This document shows, piece after piece, positions 38,809 through 51,713 of a stretch of DNA of 64,000 nt. The stretch is from the IMG/VR virus record IMGVR_UViG_3300045988_123958; one strand, written 5' to 3'. The translations under genes and the position numbers were made by a program. Positions within the stretch are counted from its first letter, which is position 1, and every line of letters starts with the position of its first letter. This stretch comes from a virus. The notes under the pieces were generated by a model that was not told the DNA's origin, made no database searches, and saw nothing but the letters and a program-made list of their open reading frames with translations.

Positions 38809-41800
38809 ATGTCTAAGATACGTTTTCGTCCTGTATAGGGCCCAGAAGAAAAAATAAAAGAATATCCTCAAAGCGATGGATATTTTTATGTGGCAACAGA
38901 TACAGGCCGAGTTTATTTAGATACGGCAACTGAAAATAAAATGCCAATAGGGTCTAGTGGTGTTCAGGTAATTTACGGTACAGATAATACTGTGGAAATT
39001 GAATATGATGCGGATGAAAACCCAGTGGCTTATTTAATTCTTTTATCAAAATTATCTATAACAAATTGTCATATAGATGATTTAATTTTAAATTTAGACG
39101 GATGTTTTTATCGAATTTTAGGTTTTGCTTTAAATGAAAACCGCGAAGAATGTGCGAGATGTGAAAAATTAACTGTCGCTGGGGCAGGCGGTGGCGGAGA
39201 AGGAGACTCTGAACAAAAAGTTTTAGGAACTGTTTCTTTAACAAGAATTCCATCTGACAGCCCTGTTGATATCTTAAATGAAGAAAATGTTAAAGTAAAA
39301 GTTTTGGTTAAATGTAGAACTGTTGGTGGCGTTCCGCAATCTTCTTCTGTGCAAGGAATTATAACTATAAGCGAAATTAAAAGTGCTACAGAAAAAGAAA
39401 TTTATTATACTTCTCCTCCTACTACTTATGAGCACAATATTCCGCAAGAAATTGATTTAACTAATATTTTAAGAAATTCATGTTCTAGTGAAATTAATTT
39501 TAGTATTTATTATAATCCTGATAAAGAAAATAATAGATTTTAGAAAAGCTCTGATACTATTAATATTAATAAACATCATCTTTCTTTTAGTTGGAAAGAA
39601 AGTAGTTTTAGTAATGATAGTCCAGTTGATAATGGACAAATATCTGTTAGCTGGTTAATGTCTGAAGATATTGCTAGATCTGTTGAAGTTTATTTTGATG
39701 ATTATTTAGTTTTAGATAGAGCTTATAGTGATACTGATTCTTCTTCTGAAGATTCTTTTGTTATTACTCCTGATACAAATATATTAGGGGTTGACAAAGT
39801 TTCTACTTTAAAAAATTATTTTACTCATGGTGAGCATATAATAAAAGCAAAGTTGTATTTAATGAATAATTCTAAAAAAGGCGCGGGAACAGATTTTATT
39901 CAAAAGGAAATTGTTATTCAAGAATCAGGTAATAAAATGCCTTTAATTTGGGTACAAGATTTTAAGACAGAATATTATACTTATGAGACAATAAGAATTC
40001 CTTTTAAAGTATTAGATCCAAATAATAATGGAGCTTTTATAACTCTTTATAAGAATGGCGTTCAAGTAGGAACTAGAGAATTAGATAGTTCACAAGTTAG
40101 AGAATGGCAATATTGGGAAATTACTAATTTAACTGTAGATGATAGTTCTTATTATACTATTAAAGTTGGTACTGATCCTTATTCTTATTCTCGTAATTTT
40201 AATTTTACAATTTTAATTGATCCTTTAAGAGATATGAAATTAGCAAAAAAAGATAATTTAAAAGTTAATTTTATAGCTACTGGTCGTTCTAATTCAGAGG
40301 GAAAATTAGGCCGTGAAACTTATTTAATTAATAATAATAAATACGTAGAATTTAAAAATTTTAATTGGTATAATAATGGCTGGATTTTCGATGAAAATAA
40401 TACAACTTGTTTACGAGTAAGTAATGGTGCAGAAGTATCTATTCCAGTTGGGAAAATGGCTTTTAAAGATGGGTCATCATCTGCTACTATTGAGGTTCAA
40501 TTTAAAATAAAAAATCCTCAAAATTATGCTAAAGTTATAACTAAATATACTAGATATAAAGTAAGTAAAGATAATTGGGAAGACGATGATGCTTGGGATA
40601 AATTTAAAGCTCAAAATAAATATCTTAATTATGATGAGTTTTTAACTAAAAAATATTTACCGACAACCAATTATAGTTATGATGATTTAGAATATAATAA
40701 AATAGAACAAGATTTTAATTTAAAGAATTTAGTTTGTGCGTATGGTAAATTAGGAAGCTCTGTATCTCCTGGTATTTATTTTAGTCCATAGGATGCTGTA
40801 TTTACAGCTAATGGTGCTCAAGAAACAGTTTCAGTTGATTTTATTGAAAATGAAATGCTAAATCTTTCATTTGTTTATACTAAAAAGAAAAGTGATATAG
40901 AAGGCGGAAATTCTAAATTATTAGAAATTTTTATGAATGGCGTTTTAACTAGTGTTGTACGTTGTAGTAGTGATGTTTGGAATATTGATTCTGATTTCAT
41001 TAAATTTATGTCTAATACTTGTGATATTGATATTTATAGTATTAGAGTTTATGATACAGATTTAACCATTCCTGAAATAGTCCAAAATTACGCTTTTGAT
41101 AAGAGAAGTATAAAACAGTGGGACCAAAAAGATCTTTATGAAAACAATACGGTATTAAAAGATGATGTATTTTCTTATACTAAAATGAAAAAGTATAATG
41201 ATAATCATCCGACTGAACCTTTAATGCCCTATATTATTTTAAGGACTACTAAAAATAATAAAAATAATACGGATAATAGATTACCTTATTCTAAAGCAAA
41301 AGAAAGCTAGGAAGGAACTTTAGAATTTGTTAACACTGCTTTAGACGCTGCTTACAACAGTGGTGAATTAGAAAAAGTTGCTATAAAAGAAGGATGGAAA
41401 CCTGTAATTGAAAAAAATGAAGAAACATAGGAAGAAGTAGTAAAATATACTGCGGTATAGAATTATTATATGCATCATTGTCCTAGTTTTATAACTGTTC
41501 TTAATGGATGTACTTTCCAAGTTCAAGGTACTTCTTCACAATTTTATCCTCGTCGTAATTATAAAGCTAAATGCAAAGAATCAATGCTTTTAAATAGAGG
41601 CCCATTTGCTGAAGACTATAAAAAAGCAGGAGACTAGTATAATGAAGATATAACTAAACATCCTTGTTATTTAGAATGGTTTTATATGGATAATAAGACA
41701 GTCGGTACTACTAAATTTACTTTAAAAATAGATTTTATGGAATCTTCTGGAGATTATAATAGAGGATTTGCTAATTTAGTTAACGAGATTTATTCTAAAC

Positions 41801-44800
41801 ATCCAGTAGAAGACTATAAAGATTCTTTTGATAATTATAATTTATATGGAAATTTAGAAGATTATCGCACTTCGGTAAAAGGATTCCCCGTCTTAGCTTT
41901 CCACTATATGTCCAACGATGATAATACTTACTCTAAGGAAAATAGTAATAACTGTATTTTTATTGGCAAATATAATATGTTATTAGATAAAGGATCAGAT
42001 GAATGTTTTGGATTTAAACCAGATAAAAAGATTTTACAAAATCAAATTACGGGCAATCCTAAAGTAAGAGATATGGCAGAATGTTGGGAATTTTAGAACA
42101 ATTCAAGAACTTTCTGTTCTTTCCGTGATCCTTGGAATCGTTATAAATTATCATTTAGAAATCCTAATATGGTAATACCTCCAGACGGAGATAATCCTGA
42201 ATTAGTTAAAGGCGCTCCAAAAGTCGTTGATTCTTTTGAGCCAAGATATAATCCAAATGATGATTTAATTGCTAAATAGTTATTTAGTTTAAAAGACTGG
42301 CTTGATCCAGATGGAACATAGACTGAGGCTACTGGAAAAGAATTAAAAAATGTAGCTCCTGATAGACTTACTAAAAAAGAAGTAGTAGATGAGCTTACTG
42401 GAATAAAATCTACTAAATGGATTATAAAAAATCCCGATGGAGAAGAGATAGAATTTAATGTTAAAGATGATACAAGCAAACAAGAATTACTTTTAGCTTT
42501 AATGTCTAACTGGGAAGATGCAGTTAGTTGGGTTTGGAGTACTTGCTTAGATTGCGATATTGAATTTGATGATGGATAGAAATTAAAAATTCCATCTATG
42601 GGCGTTTATACTAAAGTTGATGGATTAGCTGAAGCCATATATGTTCCTAATGTCTATTATGTTGAAAATGGAGTTAATGAAAATGGAAAAATTATTTATA
42701 AATTAGCTTCTGAAGAATATAACTCTGAAACAAGATATTATAAGTAGATTAATGAAAATAATAGTTTAAAGTATGTAAGCATAAAACTTACAAATAATTC
42801 AGATAAAGTATATAAAGCAAATATTTATTATCTTTTAACTGATAGTAAAAATGAAATTTATGTATTAAGTTCTGATAAATTTAATTCTTCTTTAGATTAT
42901 TATTCTTTTAATAAAAATGAAGAAGGTATTGAGGAAAGATGGAAATTACCTAACCCAGTAACCTATGGCTCTATTACTTATACTAAAGATAGTAAAGAAT
43001 ACCGTCAAGCTAAATTTAAAAATGAATTAAGTAATTTCTTTGATATTGAATATTTAGCTTCTTACCTTTTAATGACAGAAATTTTTGAATGTTATGATTC
43101 TCGTGGAAAAAATGCAATGTTTGCTTCTTGGGGGCCTCAAAAAGGCAATGTTCAAAAATCTACTGGCAAACAACATTATGTTTGGTATCCTATCTTTTAT
43201 GATATTGATACTCAATTAGGTATTAATAATACTGGTATTCCATCTTTTGAATACTATATTGATGCTACTGAAGAAGGAAGTTTTTCAACTAACGATAGTG
43301 TTCTTTGGAATAATTTTTACACTTTCTTTAGAAGTAAGATGGTGGATAAGTATAAGCAATTAATGGGAACTCAAAATAATTCTTATAGTCCAAATGATTC
43401 AAGAGTAAATAAAATTTTTATTAAAGGCGCTGAGGCAGGGGCTAAAAAAAGTGATATTGTAGATAAATGGTATCGTACTGATCCTTCAGTATTCCCCGGT
43501 AGTTATGCGGCTTTAGGAGACCGACCAATTATTGCATTAAGTTTGGATGAAGAATTTAAATATATTATTCCAACAAATTCTAAAGCAGAAAATATGCCAG
43601 TATTTGGTCGTTTAAAGGATGATGGATCTTATGGCCGTGAAGATGATAAATATTTTTATGCTTTACAAGGAGATAGAAATCTTTATCGTGCGCAATTTTT
43701 AGCCAATCGTCTTAATTATATTGACTCTTGGTTAACTGTTGGTACTTATGCCAGAAATGGTGGAGGAAGCTATATTAGAAGTCGTATTTCCGCGAACAAT
43801 CCTAAGAATACATCAGATAAATGGATTGAAGGTACTAACACTCAAAACATGGAAGGATTAATTACAAATTCTCAGTATTGGAAAAATGGTACTGAATTCG
43901 AAGAAAAAAATCATATGTTTGATGGTGAGTATTGGATCAACATGGAACCCGCGCGTAATGCCTATGTTACTATTGGTACAGATGGAGAGAATTTTCCTTC
44001 AAAAAAATATAATGGTTTAGAACCGGTTAAATATGTAGCTCCTGATATTAAAAAAGGAATTATGAGTAGCGGAAATTATAAAGAACAATTATATTATATT
44101 TATGGAATGGATCAAATGAAATCTCTTGGTGATTTAAGTAAATTATATTTCCAAGAGTTTGCAGCTGAAGGAAAAATGGAGCGTTTAACTGATTTATTAT
44201 TAGGATATGATGGAAAAGATGAAAGCGGTAATGAATATTTTAATAATGATGTAAATGACTGGTCCTTCTCAAAAGGTGGAATGCCTTTACTTAAAGAAAT
44301 GAATCTTTGTAATATTAACTTTAAAAAAGACTAGGGGGCATTAGATTTAACTAAGAGTGAAAAACTTGAAAACTTTAGAAATACTAAATCTAATATCCCG
44401 AGAGTTAATTTTGCTCCTGGAGTAGCTTTAAATACTTTATATTTAACCAATCGAACAAATTATTTAAGTTTAATAGAAGCTAATTTATTAACGAAATTAA
44501 TAACTAACTATATATATCCTGAAAAAAATTCAATTACTGGAAAACTTGAGGTCTTAGATGAAAATCGTGGTTTATATATTCAAGGTCTTACTGATGCTGA
44601 AGAAGGAAAAGAAAAAACCGAGATAAGAACTTTTGATATTCGAGGCGGTAATTTAGGTTATAATAGTTATGAATTGTTACGCAAATATATTTCAGCTAGT
44701 AAAAATAGTAAATTAGATTTATCTAATTGTATTATTAATTTAAATAATGTTTAGTGGAGTCCATATAGACTTCTGACTGACACTAAAACAACTCTTGACC

Positions 44801-46553
44801 CAGAAAGAAAATCTTATTATAGAGATAATGGACATTTTTAGTTAACAGCTATTCCAAAAGATTAGGTTAATAAAATAACAAAATCTGATATTAAAAATAA
44901 TTAGATTTATTATTTAGATACAATAAATGGAGACAATAATAATCATAATATAATAACTGATTATAATTTATTAATTGATATTTATAATAATTATAGGGGT
45001 CTTAATACTAATAAACCAGAAATATCTGGTGTTATGTATATAAAAAATAATAATTAGATTGATGAATCTATTATCTAGAATGAGTTATAGGATAAATACC
45101 CTGATTTAATAATTTTTGTAGAAAATGTTAAACAAGAATGTTCTGCCAAGTTTATTTTAGAAAAAGAAGATATTGATGGAGTGTTAATTTAGGAGGTTCT
45201 AAAAACTTAGAAATTACCTTTATCTAGCAGTAAATTCTTTGATGATCCAACAAATTCTTCTAGCGAAACTTATATTTCTTTTGGTAGCTTACAAGAAAAA
45301 ATGCCAACTTATGATTTTAAAGGTTGGGAAGATGATACGGGAGAATTAGTAATTACTGTTGGAAAAAATGTAAATGAAGAAGATGTTGTTTTAAAAAGCG
45401 ATTGGAATTCTTTGTCTTTACAACCTAATAAAATGGATTATATTTTTAAAGCGAGATTTAAGCGTAAATCTTATACGATCACTTTCGTTAATGGTGACCG
45501 CGTTGTTAATGATTCAACTGTAAAGAAAGTATTTAATTATGGTGAAAGAATTACTGTTCCAGAAGAATTCTATTATTTTAATAATACAGAAGTATCTAAT
45601 TTACCAGAAGGCGAAGATCCATTAGAATGGACTTGGAAATAGGCTGGATGGGCGGATAAAGATGGAGTTAAAATTGATTTAACTAAACAATTAGCTTATT
45701 CCGACCGTGAATTCTATGCTGTTGGAGAGCCGATTAGTGTTTATGATAATATTTTAATTAATGATTCTGCTCATAAATATTATGATATTATAAACTCTGA
45801 TGGAGAATTATCATTTGCAATGACTGACTTAGCTAAGAATTTAAAAGGCAAAATTACTTTACCTACAACTTATAATGGTTAGCCAATTACAAGAATTAAA
45901 TATAGTCAAGTTAACCCATCAGCAGCAGTTGGTATTCAAGTAAATCCTAATATCACTGCGATATTTTTTGCTCCAAAAGATAGCAATAAAATTTCTGTAA
46001 TAGATGATTATGCTTTTATTTTAGATAGTGGGTTAGAATATTTCCAATTTAGTGATTGTTTAAAGAAAATTGGTACTAAAGCATTTTATCAATGTCCTTT
46101 AAGTCGTAATAACATAATTCCTTATTCTTCTTCTACTGAAGGTTTGACTTTTGGAGCTCAAGCATTTTATCAAAGTAAGATGGGTTCTTATTCTCCTTAT
46201 AATTTAATTATAGAGGGATGCAAAGACGGTATTCTTAATTTTGATATAAATGCGTTCTCTGGTTAGACAATTTTAAATATGTCTGGTAATTAGTTTAAGG
46301 GTTATACTGGTGCTATTCAAGTATAGATTGGCACTAATAAACATCCAATTAAATAGATTACGGCAGATAGTTCTGGTAATATTTTTACCCCTCGTCAAAC
46401 AGGTATGCCTACTGTCGCTAATGGATATACAGGTCGTTTTAGATATTATTATGTTGCTAGTTATGGTGAAAGTGTTAAGAATACTTTACATAGAATTTAT
46501 GAAGCAATGATATCTAATAGAGCAAACTTTGAAGAAGAACCTATTGTAAAGTG
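38809..46553 (+). CDS. giant tail fiber / receptor-binding protein (about 2,581 codons) with Listeria-Bacteroides-type repeat and BspA-type LRR C-terminal region
   Basis: ATG at 38809 is in the same frame (pos mod 3 = 1) as track ORFs 38890, 39658, 40855, 41686, 43072 and 45301. Hand reading of the gaps shows only TAG, no TAA or TGA, up to a TGA near 46551. The C-terminal region contains GYxFxGW-like repeats (YDFKGWED) and an LRR-like stretch (ISVIDDYAFILDSGLEYFQFSDCLKKIGTKAFYQC). Confidence 0.55.
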
Positions 46554-46563
46554 AGGATAAAAT

Positions 46564-46764
46564 ATGGAAAAAGAAATTGTTTATAGATATATGGGTTCTA
46601 ATGGCATTATTGAATCTTCTATATAGTTAGCAGGAGTGCCTGCGACTAAATTATATAGATTAATTGCGGATTATAATAAAAAATTAACGAGAGATGGAAA
46701 AGAATTCTTTTCCATCTCTCCCTTAGTTCCCGAGGATGAATTAGAAGAATGGTATGAGGTTTAA
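46564..46764 (+). CDS. small protein, possible fiber assembly chaperone
   Basis: About 66 codons with 1 TAG, immediately after the giant fiber gene and before a terminator. Confidence 0.3.
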
Positions 46765-46798
46765 ATAGGCCAGAATACATTGATTTAAATATAAAAAA

Positions 46799-46843
46799 AA
46801 TTAGGTTAAATAGGAAAAGAAACTATTTAACCTAATTTTTTTA
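46799..46843 (+). terminator. rho-independent terminator
   Basis: AATTAGGTTAAATAG...CTATTTAACCTAATT hairpin followed by TTTTTT. Confidence 0.65.
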
Positions 46844-46860
46844 GAAAGGAAGAGATAGAT

Positions 46861-48539
46861 TTGATAGTTAAAAATGATAGCGTTATCGAACAAGCTAAGT
46901 GGGAAGAACTTCAAAAGAAAATCAATACTTTAGCCAAAGATAATAAAATAAAAAATGTTAATGGAAAAATCGTTGAAATAAAATCTATTGAAGACTATTA
47001 TAGTAACATCACTGGTATCGTTCAAATGAAGAAGTTAGATCCATCTGTTCTTCGCATACCTTTAGATGAGCCTATTATAAATATAAATGCTGATACTCGT
47101 CAAATTGAATTAACTAAAGAGTTCGGAAAAACTCAATTGCTTACTGTTGAAAATGATCATTTAGCAGAAACAATTTATTTTCAAATTGATAGATATTTTG
47201 ATTTACAAGATTTAGCAGCTGATGATATTAAAATTTATATTTAGTATTATTTAAACGATCAAATTCAAGGTTATTCTGAAGCTATTTGCCCCGATATTGG
47301 TACTGCTGGAAAATTAATTTTTGGTTGGCAAATTAGTGATGAAGTAACTAGTGAATCTGGTACTTTATAGTTTTCTATTATTTTCTTTAAAAAGAATCCA
47401 AAAGATAATAATAATTTAATGTATGTGTTTAATACATTACCTGCGCAAATGGTTATCAATAAAACTTTAGACATTGATGAAGATTTAGTTACTGCGCAAC
47501 CTGTTGATTATTTAACTGGGTATTTAGAAAGTTTAATCGATTCAAAGAAATCCGCCGGTTTTGGAGTTCCTGATAATGTGGCTTTCTTGACAAGCATTTT
47601 GAATAACAAATCAGTTTATTTAACTGGTGATAAATTATATGCTTTAGCTTATAATGATACTTTAAATAATCCAGATAATACTACTATTGAGTATAAATGG
47701 ATTTGTAATTATAGAGGAACTAATACTGAATTAAAAAATGGTATTGGTTATGAATACAAAAAAATTGTTGATGATAATAGTATCTTTAGTGGAGATATGG
47801 CTTATAATGAAAAATTGACCTATTTTACTAAAAATGGAGACTCTTATATTAATAGTAGCAGTGATATTAATCTTGAGAACTATACTGCTAAGAAAAACGA
47901 TCTCTACCTAAAAGTTCAATACTGCGAAGTTGATGGATGTGGAAGTTATAGCGTTACCGCATTTGGTACAACTGCCAATCAAGTGAGTAAAGAAGTTAAA
48001 TGGGCTGGATTAGCTATTTCTGTTGAAGGAATTAGTGAAGATTTTAGAATTGTTCTTGATCCTTCCCCTGATAATGGATGTTATTATGGTTCTTCTAATA
48101 CTATTACTGCTGTTGGATAGAATGATGAAGGCGTTCAGTGTACTTATCTTTGGAAAAAGAATGGCTCTGATTTTAGCACTGAAAAAACTGTAACTTTAAC
48201 TAAAGAGGATAATTATACTTTATCAGTTCATGGTTATAAAAATAAAGATAATATAGATTATCCTACAATTAGTTTTACTAATTATTTTGACCCAACTAAT
48301 TTAGTTCCTGTTATTAAAGAAGTTTCAATTGAAAATGGAAAATATATTGTTAAACTCGAAAATACTAGTGAGTTAGGCAATGGTATTTATGAATATCAAT
48401 GGAAAAATGCGAATGGTCTTACTCAAAAAACAACTTCTGAAAATTCAACAGAAGTAGATGAAAATATTACTCAAGTAGCTGTAATTATCTAGAAAGGTGA
48501 AAGAAAATCAAAACCAGGAACCTTTAAGATTGAGGGGTA
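46861..48539 (+). CDS. tail/baseplate-associated protein with C-terminal Ig-like or carbohydrate-binding-like region (about 559 codons)
   Basis: Track ORFs 46861..47244 and 47419..48120 share a frame and are joined by TAG. N-terminal region is paralogous to the gene at 48546. Confidence 0.5.
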
Positions 48540-48545
48540 AGATAA

Positions 48546-49166
48546 ATGATAACTAATCCAACTGATTATTATAGTGTTTTACATCAAATACAAGATGAAA
48601 ACTTTCCAGTTAAGTATCCTGCTCTTCCAGCCCCAGAAGATGAAAAGTTAGTTTAGATAGATTTAAACTCAAGAACTATTAGTAATGAAAATAGTTATAT
48701 TACAGTTGAAGGCGATCACGCTGCTGAAATTATTTATTTTGAAATAGATAGATATTTTGATACTATGGATTTAACTAATATGATGTGTATTATTTAGTAT
48801 ATTAATGCTGATAATGAAAAACGCATTTATCCCGTTCCATATTATGATACTTTAACTCACAAAGATAAAATTATTTTTCCTTGGGTTTTAAATTATAGTG
48901 CTACTAAAAAATCTGGTACTTTAAATTATATGATAACTTTTTATAAAATAGAAAAAGATTCTAATAATTTACTATATAATTTAAATACATTACCAGCAAG
49001 TCTTTAGGTTTATTCTAAACTTAATTTAGATTCTATCGTAAAAGAAGAAGATTATTATGTAATTGATGATAGCCAAGTAGTACAACAAATTTGGGAACGC
49101 TTAGCACGTTTAGAAGGATTTGTTGGCGGTAATGGGTTGGATGTTTATTGGATTGTTCTCGAATAA
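48546..49166 (+). CDS. paralog of the N-terminal domain of the 46861 gene (about 206 codons)
   Basis: Shares the motifs E.DRYFD...D, FPW/FGW and TL.Y/F, then NTLPA with the 46861 gene. 3 TAG. Confidence 0.45.
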
Positions 49167-49239
49167 ATAAACTAAATGGTATAGAATTATTAATTTAATT
49201 CTATACCATTAATTTATAGAAAGGAGTTATTGAAGATCG

Positions 49240-50265
49240 ATGGCTCTATTTAAAATTTTAAAAGGTGATTCAGATAGATTAGTCACCTATGATGCGAAAG
49301 CGGTTAATGGAAAAATACCCTTTCCATCTTTAGATTCTGGAAAAACTTTATTTACAACAGTAGAAAGCACTCCTATTACAGAGGGCTATGCTTATTTTAC
49401 AGAAGATACTCATAAATTTTATATTGACACCGCGGACAAAAGATTAAATCTATATACCGATCATGCGGATTATGCTACCTATGATGAAAATGGTCGTAAT
49501 TTAGCAGAATTGTCAGAAGTATCTTATGAAAATATTGATGATAATGGAAGTAAAATTGGTGCGATAAATATCAATGGAATTGAGTATAATGTTACTTGTC
49601 CTGCGAATGTAGTAAGTAAACCTGTAAATAAATATGTGTTTACAGCAAAAGCAAATTAGAATACATTTACCATTCCTTTTGATTTTGATGATAGCAGTGC
49701 TTTAACTTTATATTATAATGGTATTATGTTAAAAGAAACAGATCATTATACTGTTAAAGGAAAAGTTATTACTTTAAATGGGTGGACTAGTGAAGCTGAT
49801 GATTATCTTACTGTAATGGGTATTGAGGGTGCGGCCGCGATTAATGTTGACGAAAAAGTGGCTTAGATTCAAGAAGCAGTAGATAACGCCGAAGTGACTA
49901 TTAATAATAAAGTTACTGATGCTATTAAATCTATTGATGATAAACTAGCAACCGTTCCTGATGATGTAACACAAGCAGTTTATAAAAATAAATCCAACAT
50001 AATGACCGCGGATGGTAGAATTACTATGGATAATAATTATGTTCCTACTGCTGATATGGAATTAGCTACTAAAAAATACGTTGATAATGCCACTCCTCCT
50101 ACAGTTGGAACTACCACTGATTATTCTATTTATATTGGATCTACTAAACCTGCTTCTGGAACTGCTCCTTTAGTGTGGATAGATACAACTGCTAAAACTG
50201 GCACTTTTAAATATAGAACTTCTACCACAGGTACTTGGACACCTGTCCCCGTGGCTTGGATTTGA
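49240..50265 (+). CDS. tail fiber-like protein (about 341 codons) with the shared N-terminal anchor domain
   Basis: Track ORFs 49240..49659 and 49894..50265 share a frame and are joined by 2 TAG. Confidence 0.5.
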
Positions 50266-50299
50266 TATAAATTTATTGTAAGAAAAAGGAGATAATATT

Positions 50300-50707
50300 A
50301 TGGATCAAAATTTAATTAATCAATTGTTTCAAGTGTGTTTGATTCCTATGCTTGGTGCTTTAACCACTTTTATAGTTATTTGGATTAAAGCAAAAAGTGC
50401 AGAATTACAAAAGAAAACTAATAATGATATTTTAAATAAATATGTGCAAATGGCTACTGACACAATTACTAATTGTGTTATTGCCACCAATCAAACTTAT
50501 GTAAATTCTCTTAAAGAACAAGGTAAGTTTGATGAAGCTGCTCAAAAAGAAGCATTTTAGAGAACTTATCAAGCAGTATTGCTTATTTTAAGTGATGATG
50601 CTAAAGAGTATTTGAATAATGCTTTTGGTGATTTAAATAAATATTTACAAGAGAAGATTGAGTCTACAGTAAATAATTATCGTACTCCAAGTAATGATTT
50701 AAAGTAA
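50300..50707 (+). CDS. putative holin
   Basis: Track ORF 50300..50560 extended through 1 TAG to about 135 codons. Single N-terminal transmembrane helix (LIPMLGALTTFIVIWI) followed by a charged C-terminal tail. Confidence 0.45.
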
Positions 50708-50713
50708 TAAAAA

Positions 50714-50755
50714 TAAGGGAGACATTCTTAATTGAATGTCTCCCTTATTTTTTTT
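50714..50755. terminator. bidirectional rho-independent terminator
   Basis: AAGGGAGACATTC...GAATGTCTCCCTT hairpin flanked by A- and T-runs, between convergent genes. Confidence 0.7.
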
Positions 50756-51470
50756 ATCTGAATGGATTTTTCCATCGTCGATTAATTTCTTCATAGCCTT
50801 TTTTAGGAAAGTATAAAACTTCACCATTTTTGAAAGTTAAATTGTCTTTATTCATTATTTTAATTTGATTTAAAGTAATAATTAAACTTGGTGGGATAAA
50901 GACAAAATCTGGATGATAAACTAAAGTTCCTATATAATTTTCAAAAGAAGTTTTTAGAGTTTTACTATTTAGAACCTCATTTTCTAAATGATAACACAAA
51001 TTTCGTTTTTGGATATCAGCATATAATACTTTACCCAAATCAATTTTTACTTCTCCATTAGGAGTGTCTAAATATTTATATTCACGTCTTTTTTCTTCTC
51101 TAACTTCATGTAAAATAGAAAAAATTTTTTCTTTATTAGCAGGTTTTTTGACGAAGTTAAATGCCTTTACTTCATAAGAAGCTACTCCATAATTTATTTG
51201 AGAGGAAACAAAAATTATTTTTCCAATATACCCATTTGTTCTTAAGAGATGAGCTATTTCAATACCATCCATTTTTTTGAATGTAATCCCTAAAAAGATT
51301 GCATCATAATCAATATTAGAATCAATTAATTTTCCAGGATCAGTAAATTTATATACATATCCCGGCAAATTAAATTCTTTAAAATACTGATTTATTATTT
51401 CTTCCAATGAGTCATTTTGCTAATCACTATTGTCGCAAACACCTACGATAAAAATTTTAATCACCTTCAT
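50754..51470 (-). CDS. LytTR-family response regulator with atypical receiver (Gly at phospho-acceptor position)
   Basis: Track ORF 50754..51407 extends 5' through one in-frame TAG to an ATG at 51468-70, giving MKVIKIFIVGVCDNSDQQND... (about 238 codons). The receiver domain keeps the acidic pair, the Ser/Thr and the Lys, but has FLGI where FLDI is expected. C-terminal LytTR DNA-binding domain. Confidence 0.65.
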
Positions 51471-51564
51471 TTTGTTTATTTTAGAAAAAATTTTTCTATT
51501 TCTATATTTTCTCTATATTATAATTATACAAAAATTTTTAAATATTGTAAAATAAAAAATTATA

Positions 51565-51620
51565 AAGTGTCAAATTTATTTAATTTTAAGTAAGTGAAAT
51601 TTTTATTCAAAAAGTGTCAG
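51565..51620. promoter_or_regulatory. direct repeats AAAGTGTCA (x2, plus an AAGTG half-site) in a divergent AT-rich promoter region
   Basis: AAAGTGTCA occurs at 51565-73 and 51611-19, with AAGTGAAAT at about 51592, between the LytTR gene and the 51714 operon. Confidence 0.35.
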
Positions 51621-51713
51621 TAATTATAATATATTTACACAAAATAAAAGTCATATAATAATGAAAGGAAAAGATAAAACCTTTCATTATTATATTTCTC
51701 CGGAGGTAATAAC

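Noticed and set aside
49175-49212. Hairpin AATGGTATAGAATTA...AATTCTATACCATT as a terminator
   Set aside because: The stem is clear, but the trailing T-run is weak. I kept it only as a possible attenuator and did not list it as a feature.
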